A model generated the notes under the pieces. It worked only from the letters and a program-made list of their open reading frames with translations, did no database searches and was not told the DNA's origin. A stretch of DNA of 64,000 bases from Octopus vulgaris (lineage: Eukaryota), in contig OX597820.1 in assembly GCA_951406725.2 (NCBI GenBank), positions 60,388,001 to 60,452,000 of the forward strand, read 5' to 3'. This document shows positions 38,178 through 51,429 of this stretch, one piece after another; the stretch's first letter is position 1; each line of letters starts with the position of its first letter. The position numbers and the translations under genes were made by a program.

Positions 38178-38784
38178 ATGAATCAGTGCGTCGAACAAAA
38201 TATTTTGTCACATCGGTGTTGCGCAGACATTCCTTTGGCACTATCATCAGTGGAATTGAAATGGAGTACTGACTGCTCGTTTCAAATCTAAAACCAATAT
38301 CGCTTTATGTCCACAAACACCTGATATAAAATAACAATAATGAATATCATAACAAATGTTAGCAACAATATATTCTTTGAATAAAATATTCAAAGTTGAT
38401 GACATTTAAAATGAGCTGAGCTGCTGAGAAGGGGTTAATGTAATGTTTGGATTATTAAATGATATTAAGAAATAAGCGGTTTAAACCACTGCGCTACAAA
38501 AGCTTATGAATGAACGAACGTATGCGCATAATATACAAGCATATATCATTATCTATTGGATTCAGCTTCTGTTGTTAAAGATGTTTGTATATGTGTGTTT
38601 AGTATTTCGTTTAAGTCATAATACAATCATAGACTTGTGGTTGAATATTTAAGGGCATACGCACTAAAAGAGATTGACTGCAAGAAAAAAAAAAGTTGCA
38701 TGGATGCATTGCTATGCAGAACAAAAAATGCCTTTCGGGGCAGTTTAGTTTTTGAAATACAGTTCCTTATTTAACGACAAATTA

Positions 38785-38922
38785 CCGTATTTTAACGTGT
38801 GTAAGGTTAAAAGAATATGGGAATTTCTTATACATGGATAGTATTATAATCCCTTACAAACCCCTTTTCCCAAATTTTAAGCCCGCCAAATTAAGGGGTT
38901 CCTTACACATGTTAAAATACGG
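38785..38922. mobile_element. Tc1/mariner/pogo-type MITE
   Basis: TA-CCGTATTTTAACGTGTGTAAGG ... CCTTACACATGTTAAAATACGG-TA. Confidence 0.85.
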
Positions 38923-39177
38923 TAAATATTGCCACAGACACAGTACTAAAAAATATATTATTATTTCTATAGCCAGTAAATCACTTTACAATATCTAATA
39001 ACATTTCACTTTCTTATAGACATAAGGGTAAAAGCCTCTGTTTTAGAAGACATTTCAGATTTTAATTCAAGCATAGTGTATTTAGGACTATATGATTCAA
39101 TGTTTGCTCTTTATTAAAAAGCGGTAGAATGTACTTTGAAGGAGATTTTGTTGCTATCTCTATATGCTATCTCCAGT

Positions 39178-39332
39178 AGGCGCAGGAGTGGCTGTGTGGT
39201 AAGTAGCTTGCTTACCAACCACATTGTTCTGGGTTCAGTTCCACTGTGTGGCACTTTGGGCAAGTGGTTTCTACTATAGCCTCGGGCCGACCAAAGCCTG
39301 AAAGATGCCCGTCGTATATATGTATAATATAT

Positions 39333-39396
<64 letters not shown>

Positions 39397-39615
39397 GTGT
39401 GTGTGTGTGTGTGTATGTTTGTGTGTCTGTGTTTGTCCCCCCAACATCGCTTGATAACCGATCGTGGTGTGTTTACGTCCCCGGTTCGGCAAAAGAGACC
39501 GATAGAATAAGTACTAGGCTTCCAAAGAATAAGTCCTGGGGTCGATTTGCTCGACTAAAGGCGGTGCTCCAGCATGGCCGAAGTCAAATGACTGAAACAA
39601 GTAAAAGAGTAAAGA
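39178..39615 (+). mobile_element. SINE family A
   Basis: Head, internal (TA)n(TG)n and tail. Confidence 0.9.
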
Positions 39616-40131
39616 GTATGCTGGAGCAACATCATAGAGGCTCTCGAGTTGTTCTTCAAGAGAGGGATATATTTAAATGAGTAGACTGCAGTTTATTACT
39701 GGTAAACTAAGCTGGCGGATTGGCTGAATCGTTATAGTCTCATAAAAATGTCTTAGAGTATTTTATTCCACCTCTTTAAATTTTGAGTTCAAATCCAGCC
39801 GAGGTCAACTTTGTCTTTCATTCTTCCAGGACAGTGACGTAGTTAGAATGTGTGCCACCCGGAGTAGCCCTTAAATTTGCCGTGTCCCTACCCCGTGTCT
39901 CCCCACAACCCTATACAGGTTTATGCAGCAGACTCCAAAGTGCCTGGGATGGACTGCCCCTCTCGCAATAACCTCGTACTATGTTACTGTTTCGGGGATC
40001 AATGAAATGATAATAAAATAAAGTATCAAGTCCTGGTGTACTAATCTCTTTCCCACCAAATATCTGTCCTTGATCATATGCAAAGAAACAATTTATGACA
40101 AATGATCTTACTAATCGTATAGTTATTACCT

Positions 40132-40733
40132 GTTTCTTTACTACCCACAAGGGGCTAAACACAGAGAGGACAAACAAGGAGAGACAAACGGATTAAGTCG
40201 ATTATATCGATCCCAGTGCGTAACTGGTACTTATTTAATCGACCCCAAAAGGATGAAAGGCAAAGTCGACCTCGCTGGAATTTGAACTCAGAACGTAGCG
40301 GCAGACGAAATACCTATTTCTTTATTACCCACAGGGGGCTAAACACAGAGGGGACAAACAAGGACAGACATAGGTATTAAGTCGATTACATCGACCCCAG
40401 TGCGTAACTGGTACTTAATTTATCGACCCCAAAAGGATGAAAGGAAAAGTCGACCTCGCTGGAATTTGAACTCAGAACGTAGCGGCAGACGAAATACCTA
40501 TTTCTTTATTACCCACAGGGGGCTAAACATAGAGGGGACAAACAAGGATAGACATAGGTATTAAGTCAATTACATCGACCCCAGTGCGTAACTGGTACTT
40601 AATTTATCGACCCCGAAAGGACGAAAGGTAAAGTCGACCTCGGCGGAATTTGAACTCAGAAACGTAACGGCAGACAAAATACCGCAAAGCATTTCGTCCG
40701 GCGTGCTAACGTTTCTGCCAGCTCGCCGCCTTA
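40132..40733 (-). mobile_element. SINE family B multimer (one head plus three ~183-bp body units) with 16-bp TSD
   Basis: CGTATAGTTATTACCT at 40116-40131 and 40734-40749. Units start at about 40135, 40318 and 40501. Confidence 0.9.
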
Positions 40734-41100
40734 CGTATAGTTATTACCTCAGCGTCAATTAACAATACAAGTCTGCTGCTGAAACAATATATATAAACTT
40801 AATAGGATTCTTTCTTCCCTCTCGCTCTCTTCCTGTCATCGTTAGCGCGTTGGACAAAGTGCTTAGCGTGATTTCTTCCAGCTCTTTACGTTCTGAAATC
40901 AAATTCTGCTGAGGTCGACTTTACTATTATACTTTCGGTGTCGATAAAATATGTACCAATCGACTTACCCCAACTCATCAAAATTTTATGTACCAAAATT
41001 TGAAGCCATAAGACAAAGAGCCTTAGTTACGGGGTTGTAAAGAAACCAACACCGATTGCAAAACTGTGTAGAAACAAACACAAAGACATGCACACACACA

Positions 41101-41161
<61 letters not shown>

Positions 41162-41293
41162 GATGTGATTCTTCACAGTTTCGGGTATTGGTCGGTCCGA
41201 GATACATTTGTTCGAGATGAGACGTAGTGGGGCTGAACTCGAAACTACGTGACTGTGAAGTGAACTCCTTAACCCCATGGCCATGTTTATGCC

Positions 41294-41324
<31 letters not shown>

Positions 41325-41612
41325 CAATTCGATAATTGGTTCCGTAATAATGGTTACACACACACACATACATACATATATGTATTTATATATACCTTAG
41401 TTTTTATAGAATAATCAACAATCGCTCCAATCAAGATTATCCTCATGACTATTACCGATACAGCCTCCACAATCAAACATTATCTTATCATCATTGACGT
41501 CTCATTTTGTCTGGTTTTATTAGCATTATTTCAAAATTAATTCAATATATCTTTATAAGCCAGATATGAATTATAAGATTAAGATGTTAACTGTAATGGG
41601 GAAACATATTAG

Positions 41613-41655
<43 letters not shown>

Positions 41656-41990
41656 GAGTGAGGGAGCAGTGCATGCCATCAAAGTGACACAAGGGTAAAA
41701 TATACGAAGCCCAGTATAACCATCATGACTACCCGTCCGATAAGGGTACTCCAGGCACATGCATCACAACCATATGTGCGCGACATGGTGATCTCCATAT
41801 CAAGATAAACAGCACATGACTTTGCAGGTGGGGCCCAGTTAGAATTTTCTTCTGGTCGAGTAACTCATCCCGCTGAAAAGTCCCTGAATAAGGATTGTTT
41901 AAGGATGTTGAACGAACCACCCATGTTTCCAGAAGGGAATTATTCAAACCCCAAAGAATCCCTCTCAATACATGGCTATGATGCTCTCCC
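41656..41990 (-). mobile_element. 5'-truncated copy of a (TAA)n-embedded non-coding retroposon
   Basis: Reverse complement of about 46026-46359. (TTA)n on both sides. Confidence 0.85.
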
Positions 41991-42855
41991 TATTATTATC
42001 ATCATCAACATCATCATCATTATTATTATTATGATTATTATTATTATTATTTTGCTAAGTTGTAATTTTATAAAAATAAACATTTATTAAGTTTCCTTAA
42101 TGGAAGAATGACCAGAATATTTTGTGTACTAATTATTTAATAATTCCTACAGGGAATGATTTGATCTTAGTACTAAGGTAAGGACGTTACTTTTAATTCG
42201 AAAATACATTATTTTCCAGCTAAGTAGTTGTTTATACAAAATAACACTGATATTACTTTTGCCATAACAGGATTTGTTAAAGAATTATTTTGCGTGCTAA
42301 TTGGATTAATAACATCCTTATGGAGTGATTTGTCTTCCAGCTTACGAACTATACATCTGTTTCACAGAGCTACCACCGATCATTCTAGTGAATCATGCCT
42401 TGCGAGAATTAGAAATTTTATTCTATGACACAACGCCTGTAATGAATTGAATACGAATATGAATATGTGACCTTTTGTATTGCAGCTCTTCACTCGATCA
42501 TATGTAACTTTCCCACGGTTGTGTGGTTAAGAAGCTTGCTTTGCAATCACATGGTTTCCGGTTCAGTCCTAGTGCAGGTTACCTTGGGTAAATGTCTTCT
42601 TCTTTAGCCCCAGATAACACAATGCCATGTGAGTGATTTTGGTAGATGGAAACTGTGTGGAAGCCGGTGTTGCCTCGTAACTTAGCGGTTCGGGAAAAAT
42701 ATTATTAAAAAAATTAATATTTGGGTCGATCTGTTCCACTAGAACCCTTTAAAGTGTTCCCCAGTTGTAGAAAAACATTCCTTCAGTTTAAACTTGTCTC
42801 ACTACATACAAAAGACTGGTAGTATAATTTTATAGGTGTAATATATTCAGAACCA

Positions 42856-43471
42856 AGGCAGAAACGTTAGCACGCCGGGCGAAATGCGTAGCCGTATTTC
42901 GTCTGCCGCTACGTTCTGAGTTTAAATTCCGCCGAGGTCGACTTTGCCTTTCATCCTTTCGAGGTCGATTAAATAAGTACCAGTTACGCACTGGGGTCGA
43001 TATAATCGACTTAATCCGTTTGGCTGTCCTTGTTTGTCCTCTCTGTGTTTAGCCCCTTGTGGGTCGTAAAGAAATGGGTATTTCATCTGTCTTTACGTTA
43101 TGAGTTCAAATTCTGCCGAGGTCGACTTTGCCTTTCATCCTTTCGGGGTTGATAAATTAAGTACCAGTTGCGCACTGGGGTCAGTCTAATCGACTGGCCC
43201 CATCCTCCAAAATATTTCGGGCCTTGTGCCAAAAGTAGAAAAAATATATTGAGAACCAAGGCGGGTAGCTGGTAGAAACGTTAGCACACCGGGCGAAATG
43301 CTTTGCGGTATTTCGTCTACCGCTACGTTCTGAGTTCAAATTCCGCCGAGGTCGACTTTGCCTTTCATCCTTTCGGGGTCGATTAGATAAGTACCAGTTA
43401 CGCACTGGGGTCGATATAATCGACTGGCCCCCTTCCCCAAAATTTCGGGACTTGTACCCAGAATAGAAAAG
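42856..43471 (+). mobile_element. SINE family B tandem array
   Basis: Two heads and three cores. Target-like AATATATTSWGAACCA at 42840, 43243 and 43472. Confidence 0.88.
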
Positions 43472-44469
43472 AATATATTCTGAACCATACCGATAATTTT
43501 ACGTTACTAGCGTCCATGAAAACCCTGAATACCCAATAACACTTCTCCCACCTCTATCATTATTCGATTTTGTGCCTCTTGACAAATTAGAATAGTGTTG
43601 CTGTCAGTATTTGAATCTAAACGCATTTTTTGAGTGAGAATTTCGTTTTCATCACTTTATACTGATGCCGACCAATACCTCGTGGATGAAAGCTTTTCTT
43701 TCTCCACTTCGTAGACATAGAATGACATTTTAAGCTCGCTAGCCACGCATTAAATATTATATATGAAGAAAATCTTCAGATCATACGTAAGAAAACTTTA
43801 CTGGATTCCGTGGAAATTATCACTCAATCCTCTATTTCTTCATTTTTCAACATCCTGTATGATGCACTTTTGTACGACTTTAGTGCATTAATGTCTTTAA
43901 GGATCTAGATAGCTTAGAGGATGATGGGATACAATCCTGCCAGGCATGTCTCTGCACATTCCTCACCACAAAGCCCACCCATAATCACAAATCTCTTGAG
44001 TGGTTCATCCAGTTGCTGTATTAAGTACTAAAGCACTAAAGGAAAAACAAAAACAAAAACAAAAAAAAAAACAAAACAAAACAAAACAAAAGAAACAAAA
44101 ACGCCTACAACTAAAATTTTCGCTCTTTATTTTAATACTGTGGTTGCGCGCAAACCATTGTTCAAAATGCTATGTTGACAACCTACGCAGACACTCACCA
44201 ATTTCAAGCGTGTATTATTTAAGATACTACTATGTACTCGAAATTTACTATGCATACCTTTTAAATTTTATTTCCTATAAAAAAAGACAGATCATCCTGC
44301 ATATATTTTAACGTTATTACTTTTTTTTTACATTTGTTTTACAGTGATTCGTTTTGTATTTCAAGAGACCTTTTATGTGGCAACAAAGATAAATCTGACA
44401 AAAATACTCGACATTTATTTGATATTGATTCGATTAGTAGTAATAAATAAATAAATAAATGAATAAATA

Positions 44470-44509
<40 letters not shown>

Positions 44510-44512
<3 letters not shown>

Positions 44513-45565
44513 GAAGGAGGCCGTGGTCTTTTGCAACTGGCAATAACAATGAAGATTGCTACAATTGGCCTAGACACCTACCTGAAAAAGTCTGAGGACT
44601 GGATGTTAAAACTTGTCTCAAAACATGAAAACAAGAAAGCATCATACTCAGTAACAAAACAGGCAAAGGAATATCTAAGTGAATTCCGAATACAACCAAC
44701 TTCGGAATTAGAGATAGACACACAAGAAACAAGCATAGAAAAAGCTAGGCGCATGAAAACCCGTGCCAAAACTGCGGCCTTAGATATTCTGAATAATAAA
44801 TGGCAAGAAAAACCTCTCTATGGCAAATACCCAAAGAGAGCGAATAATGCAGATATTGACAAAGCCCTGACCCATCAATGGCTAATGGCCTCTGGCTTAA
44901 AATCTGAAACAGAGGGGTTTATCATAGCAGCTCAAGATCAATGCCTACCAACAAGAAACTACCAGGCCAACATATTAAAGAACGGCAGTAGCCCAACATG
45001 TCGCGTATGCCGACAACAAAATGAAACCACTGATCATGTTGTCTCCAAATGCAGTCTTCTAGCGCCTACAGAGTACCTCAACAGGCATGATAGAGCTGTA
45101 CAATATATTCACTGGGTAATTTGTAAAAAGCTGGATTTACCCCATGAAAAAAACTGGTGGGAACACAATCCACCTCCAGTGCTTGAAAATGACCACATCT
45201 CACTCCTCTGGAACTTCACCATTCAAACTGACAGAAAGATAGATGCAAATATGACAGACATCATATTGAAAGACTTCAGACAAAGAACATGTCTCCTCAT
45301 TGATATGATTGTCCCAATCGATATAAACGTATCTGTCAAGACCTACCAAAAACTGAGCAAATATAAAGATCTTGAAATAGAAATCAGCAAAATGTGGAAG
45401 CTGAAGACTAAAACAATACCTGTTGTCATAGGTGTCATGGGAATGATAGCGAAAGGGACTAATTGCTACCTAACTCAGATACCAGGAAACCCCAAAATGG
45501 CAGAAATTCAAAAGATAGTGCTCATGGGAACTGCTCATATCCTACGCAAAATACTCTCTATGTAA
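44510..45565 (+). pseudogene. C-terminal part of R4/Dong ORF: RT thumb end, CCHC knuckle, restriction-like endonuclease
   Basis: KEGGRGL; ETEGFIIAAQDQ; CRVC...ETTDHVVSKC; RHD; ANMTDI (where RPD is expected)...LID...K..KY.DL; PVVIG. Confidence 0.9.
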
Positions 45566-45746
45566 TCCCAAGGTTTAAAACAAACTTTTTTTGTATTAGA
45601 CATTCACTAGTACAACACCAAAAACCCCCCAAATATATGGCACACTAGGCATAACAACAACGTGAACTTCCAACCTGTTGTCTCTTGAGGTCTCTGGGTG
45701 ACACTACTGCTAGCCAACTTGTACAGACATAAAACAAAAGTCAAAC

Positions 45747-45749
<3 letters not shown>
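44510..45749 (+). mobile_element. 5'-truncated R4/Dong-type non-LTR retrotransposon inserted in (TAA)n
   Basis: RLE-type ORF followed by 3' UTR, with (AAT)n on both sides. Confidence 0.9.
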
Positions 45750-45803
<54 letters not shown>

Positions 45804-45805
<2 letters not shown>

Positions 45806-46359
45806 GCCCTGATGCAGTACCAGGCAGTGGATCTCGTGGTTTCTGATCATAACTGATTGGAAGTGTTATCATGTACATTGTTTTGTCTTGGTATAAAAGA
45901 TGGGCTACAGCAAATATTCTGCTCAATACCACAGACTTGCTTGTCAGTTGTTTGACCATAACCAGTTGAGCATGTCCCTTAGTGGCTGACGATATGTGCA
46001 TCTCTGATCACGAGCAGAAGTAGTGGGGGAGCATCATAGCCATGAGTTGAGAGGGATTATTTTGGGTTTGAATAATTCACCTCTGGAAACATGTTTGTTT
46101 CGTTCAACATCCTTAAACAACCCTTATTCAGGGACCTTTTGAGCTGGATGGGTTACTCGACCAGAAGAAAATTCTAACTGAGCCTCACCTGCAAGGTCAT
46201 GTGCTGTTTATCTTGATATGAGACCACCATGTCACGCACATATGATTGTGATGCATGTGCCTAGTGTACTCTTAGCAGACGGGTAGTCATGATGGGTATA
46301 CTGGGCTTCGTATATTTTATCCCAGTGTCACTTTGGTGGCATGCACTGCTCTCTCACTC
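45804..46359 (+). mobile_element. (TAA)n-embedded non-coding retroposon, ~556 bp
   Basis: Bounded by (AAT)n at 45750-45803 and 46360-46449. Shares its 3' end CTCACTC(AAT)n with 41656-41990. Confidence 0.85.
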
Positions 46360-46387
46360 AATAATAATAATGATAATAATAATAATG

Positions 46388-46449
<62 letters not shown>

Positions 46450-46574
46450 CAACAGTTAAAAAATTAGATTTAATTTTGAAAACCTTGTATGCGCAAATGT
46501 TTTCCCTGTTTGCTATTCATAAAGGAAGTGTGCACACGCACATGCGCAGAGTTTAGAGGAACATTGCCCTACGA

Positions 46575-46763
46575 CGGTACTCCGCAACCTTTTTTCACTT
46601 CCGGTATACTTATAGTCTTTTCAAAATTCAGCGGTACACCTCAACTAAGAATATAACTAAAAGTATAGGAGGGAAAAAACTTATATTTAGGTTACGCTGC
46701 GGTACACCTAGCATCGTCTCGTAGAACACTAGTGTGCCACAGCATACCAGTTGCGGAGCACTG
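46575..46763. mobile_element. hAT (Charlie-like) MITE
   Basis: TIR cggtactccgcaac / gttgcggagcactg. Perfect 8-bp TSD CCCTACGA. Confidence 0.88.
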
Positions 46764-47568
46764 CCCTACGACAACGGAAAAAAAGTCATCTATCACCACT
46801 ATGTGGGCGACACTGTAAGTTAACCAACTCAAAGCAAAAGATGCAGTTGCTCAGGAAGCAGACTTTCTTCTAAATTGTAGCCAGTTCTTCTGTCCTCTTC
46901 CCAAACTTTCAGAACACTCCTACTTACCACACCTCAAACAAAATAGATTTATAAGCAGAGTCCAGTAAAGACTTCAAAGTACGTATTCGCAAAGAGCGAC
47001 AACTCCTCCAATTACTCCAGCCTGACCGGCCTGACAGGGTCTGTTCCATAATTTCCATGCAATACACTTCACAACTGTCTCACCCTTACCAAACATATCC
47101 AAATTTCTTTTTTTACAAGGGTCTACTGTTGGAAACATGGGGGCGCTCTTCTAAGTCTGCTAGATAACATTCTATAGTCTTTAGTTCCAATATATCGATG
47201 GCTCCACCAATCTCGATATCCGTCTCTGATATCATAGTTAAGATTGGTCTCGCATATTTCATGTTGTAATCTAAAAAGAATTATAAAAATAAATTGAACT
47301 TACACTTGTAATGAGAAGGAAAGTCGTTAACTCTAATGAAAATTCTTACAGCAGAAGGCATAGAAGAGAACTTCATTAAACGGAAGCATACAGTGGGAAG
47401 TGTATCTAATTTTTTGTAATTTCGTTGACAACTGTATTGATGTTTCGGTCTTATAACACTTCTTCAGCAAATAGATTAACACGTAAACTGAGAGATTTAA
47501 TGTGCATTTACTAAGTTCCGGCTGTCACTTCTGACACATGCACATACCTGCACACACACAAGTATACG

Positions 47569-47624
<56 letters not shown>

Positions 47625-47889
47625 AGGAAACAGCCATGCCCTCACCCAATGTCACATACAAGTGAACAATAGAACTATAGAAGCCAAATTCTTACTAGGT
47701 CTCACAATCATATGCATGTACATAAACACGCACACATATTCATCGCATTACAACACACACACACATTTATATATGTATATATATATATATTTATATATAT
47801 ATATATGTGTGTGTGCGTGTGTGTGTGTGTATGTATGTGTATATGTGCGTACGTGTATGTGTATATATATATAGCTATGGGTGTATGTA

Positions 47890-47935
<46 letters not shown>

Positions 47936-48395
47936 CATATATGCGTATGGGTTTAAGTACATAAATATGCGGGCCTATATAATAGTGCAGATAGACACGA
48001 ATATGTATGTGTGTGCGCGTGCGTGCGTACATCAATATACACGTCTTTCTTTCTCTGTCTGCTTCTTCAGTCCCCACTATCACATTAGTTAGTACAATAA
48101 ATACCTCCGAACACTTTTAGAAACTTGACCATTATATCTTTTTATTTTTCCCTTCCTTTTTGAGGTTTACTACTCACTTTAGGGAACCTTCTGTATCTAT
48201 TTCTGTACCCTTCCCTCTACCTTAGTGTCTTTCAAACATATCACTCCACCTCCCACTCCCCACACATATTCATTCCCTACATTCTTATCTCTTTCTATCC
48301 CTTCTTACTCCTCTCCCATCCCCCTCATAATATCTTGTCCACCAACTAACACTCCTTTTTTCACATTTTTCATTTTTCATTTTCTCTTCTCTTCC

Positions 48396-48443
<48 letters not shown>

Positions 48444-48850
48444 TTTTCTTTCTTCACCTATTCCTTTTGACCAGTCTCCCCATTTTAACGTACACATCTT
48501 TTCTCTTCTCTCTATCTGCTTAATACTACCACTACATTCTCAATATTTCATTCACACCACAAGACCCCTTTGAATGAACAGCACAGGGAATCTACGTCTC
48601 CACATTTTGCATTAGTAATGACTAAATATAAACTCCTTTCGAAATTTACATACCATGGACAAAAAGCATTTCCACCACTTCTACACACCACTTTTCTTGG
48701 ATAATGGACATACAGCTACAACACCCTACAAATATTTTTATTCTTACTTTTATTCTCTTATTTCCCTTCATACTCCTTATTTCCGTCCTTTTCCAAAATA
48801 ACTCCTTATATTGAACTCTACCATTTCCCTCTATTTAACCATCTCACATC

Positions 48851-48898
48851 GTCTCTGATGAAGGGATATCCCTGATATCCCAGAAACAGCTGTAAGAC
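48851..48898 (+). ncRNA. Intact minimal type I hammerhead ribozyme, family B
   Basis: gtct-CTGATGA-a-gggatatc-cct-gatatccc-a-GAAA-cagctg-TA-agac. Perfect stems I and II apart from an A-A at the base of stem II; palindromic stem III. Confidence 0.88.
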
Positions 48899-49036
48899 TA
48901 ACTTTCTCTTTATAAACATCCTGAATATTCCACACAGCCTTGGTTTTGTTGTCTCATTTTTGTTGTCTCACACAGACACATAAAGAGTGAAGAACTGCAC
49001 AGAAAGATGACAAAGGAATCCACGAAAAAATCGCAT

Positions 49037-49071
49037 ATAAGACGTGGACATGCTCATCCTTCATCAGTTAT
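49037..49071 (-). ncRNA. Decayed hammerhead-like motif (GAAA truncated)
   Basis: ataa-CTGATGA-aggatgagcatgtcc-ACGTC-ttat. Confidence 0.4.
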
Positions 49072-50030
49072 TGGCCAAACAACATCACAATTTCGTGCCA
49101 TTATCTATAGGATTGTTCATTTTCGTGGTGTCAGCACCAAAAAGCTGCTGGGAGAAGCGGGTGAATATAAACGAACAATAAACGAGAACAGAATGGGAAC
49201 AAGCTATAATGGAAAATGACATAAGTAGTTGGTAGATATACAAATATATACATATAAAGGCCTTTCGGCCATGAGACAGCATTAAGACGGGACATATATT
49301 CTGTTATTAACTGTGCTTCACTAACTAAGCTTTCTAATGCAAAATTGTCTCACTGTTGACGGCCGGCAATTAATTCAGTTCTAATCAATTGGTAATCCTC
49401 TATAAAACTCAGGTTTTTAAAGATATGCATTAAAGTACTGATCACATATGTATCTAGTACAACTCTGCTGATGCACATACGAATGTACTAGACTACATTT
49501 GAAAGAAGGCCAGTTAATTCATTCATCAACACGTTTAGGTTACTAGCTTGCAGACAGGCTATCTTCTCTGTCTATTCTGCTGCTTTTGTGACGACTCATA
49601 CACTTTGAATTAGCTAAATATATTCACCTTGCACCTAGGATCACCCGACAGACTCTGTTCTTTTAGTTACCTTTAATGTGTCTAACCCTTAAAATTCCCT
49701 CTTAGCATTCCTTTCTAGATCATTCTAGGAATAGCTGTAAATATCATGAGGACAGTTTTTCCTATGCTTTACAGCAGTTCAGCTCATTTTAAATGTCATT
49801 AACGCAGAATACTTTATCAAACAAATGTCTCGGCGAAGGTTACACTACTGCTAGCATTTTATATTTTATCGTTTGAAGTTTTTTATACAATACATTCATC
49901 AGCAATAGCGACATATTTTATAGATTTCAAACAGCCAGCCATTGGTTCACTGTATTGATGACCGTGGTTGTGTAACTAAAGTATATTAAATATCACAAAT
50001 TATTTTCGTTCGAAGTATTCATTTATTGCC

Positions 50031-50103
<73 letters not shown>

Positions 50104-50557
50104 ACGTTTGTATGTATGGATGTACATCTGTGCATACTTGAATTATTGGCCAATGTTATCTGAAGAATTGCTGAAGTCTAGAGCAGAATTCCTTCCCACC
50201 AATTTATAGATTTTTCGGGACCGTTCACTTCCTTCAGACCAACATATTACGAGAGTTGGTAAGGGATTGACTTTACTCTACCATCTTACCTCGATGTTCT
50301 TTTTTGTAGTAAGGTATTTGCATCTTTGATTTGGCATGTAGCTTATCGTATATCTCTTCCATTGGGGACTACCAGAGGGTACACTCATCTTTCAGATAGG
50401 AGCATTTCTATCGTTGTATTGTTTTCGTCAAAACTCGTTAGTATGCTTGCGTTTAGAGAAGCTTACTGAAGCAGCGCCTGTTTTGTAGGCTGGCTACGTT
50501 GCGAATGCTCGTAACACTTTAAATCCCTTTACTTTTGTATGTGTTCGACAGAACTAT

Positions 50558-50602
50558 GAAAATTATCGAGGAATTTCTCTTCTCTCTGTTATAGGAAAGA
50601 TG
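50558..50602 (+). pseudogene. Non-LTR (RTE-like) RT micro-fragment
   Basis: ENYRGISLLSVIGKM. Confidence 0.7.
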
Positions 50603-50949
50603 GCACTCAATGGCATTCAATCCAAGACCAAGTGGCTGCAAATTTATATTCCTAACATTCTTCATTAATACTAAAAATGAATAACCATTCAAAGAAGATA
50701 GAAATCATATTTTTCTATTACACCAGTATATTAACCTACGTTTAACTTACCCCATTTTTCTCATTCACATTCTAAAAGATAATAATTCAGAAGTTATCAA
50801 TAACACTTCCCAACACCCCAAATATTCGATGATCTATAATACATTGTGACCACAGCTCAGTTGTGCAGCGAACTCACGGATTGGGAATCGTCTGTCTATA
50901 TAAATCAGTTCGCCCATGGGGCGATTCGAGTCAGCAGTCGCAGTTGTTG

Positions 50950-51200
50950 ATTATGGGTTTGTTGCTAGATGTAATATCCGTGAAGTGCATCAGGAAGTGC
51001 CAGATATTGAATTCTTTCATGGCGTACTCCAGGAAGATTTTGAGAATTGGAACAAAGCATACAACCTTGCGTTAGATTTACACTTACTTCAAACAAATAT
51101 GACCATAGTACTCTCGGTACTATTGTACAGCACTTCCATAATTTTCCGTATCTTGAGGATCTTGTAGAATGTCCAGTTGCTTCTTGTATACATTTGAATC
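50950..51200 (-). pseudogene. Non-LTR RT remnant
   Basis: KIMEVLYNSTESTM ... LTQGCML / PILKIFLEYAMKEF in broken frames. Confidence 0.6.
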
Positions 51201-51314
51201 TACTCCACGTCTATTTCTCAGTTTTCCAGCCAGATATAAAAAATAAATGGGCTTTTGAATTCTAAGCTTTAAATACTAGCTCTAGATGGTGTGTAAGATC
51301 TTTTGCACTATGCA

Positions 51315-51345
<31 letters not shown>

Positions 51346-51429
51346 TGTGTTTGAGTACCAGCGCTAACAAATAAAATCTTTTCTAAGAAATTTTGATTGA
51401 TTTCATTTAGTGGTTTATCGGTTTAGAAA

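Noticed and set aside
47090-47270. Minus-strand exon-like segment with acceptor and donor
   Set aside because: Every frame hits a stop before the donor, and no recognisable protein.
47437-47472. CTGAAGA...GAAACATC hammerhead-like motif on the minus strand
   Set aside because: Stems I and II pair poorly. Too degenerate to call.
50863-51265. Plus-strand ORFs that look protein-like (MGRFESAVAV...)
   Set aside because: Better explained as antisense to a decayed LINE RT on the minus strand.
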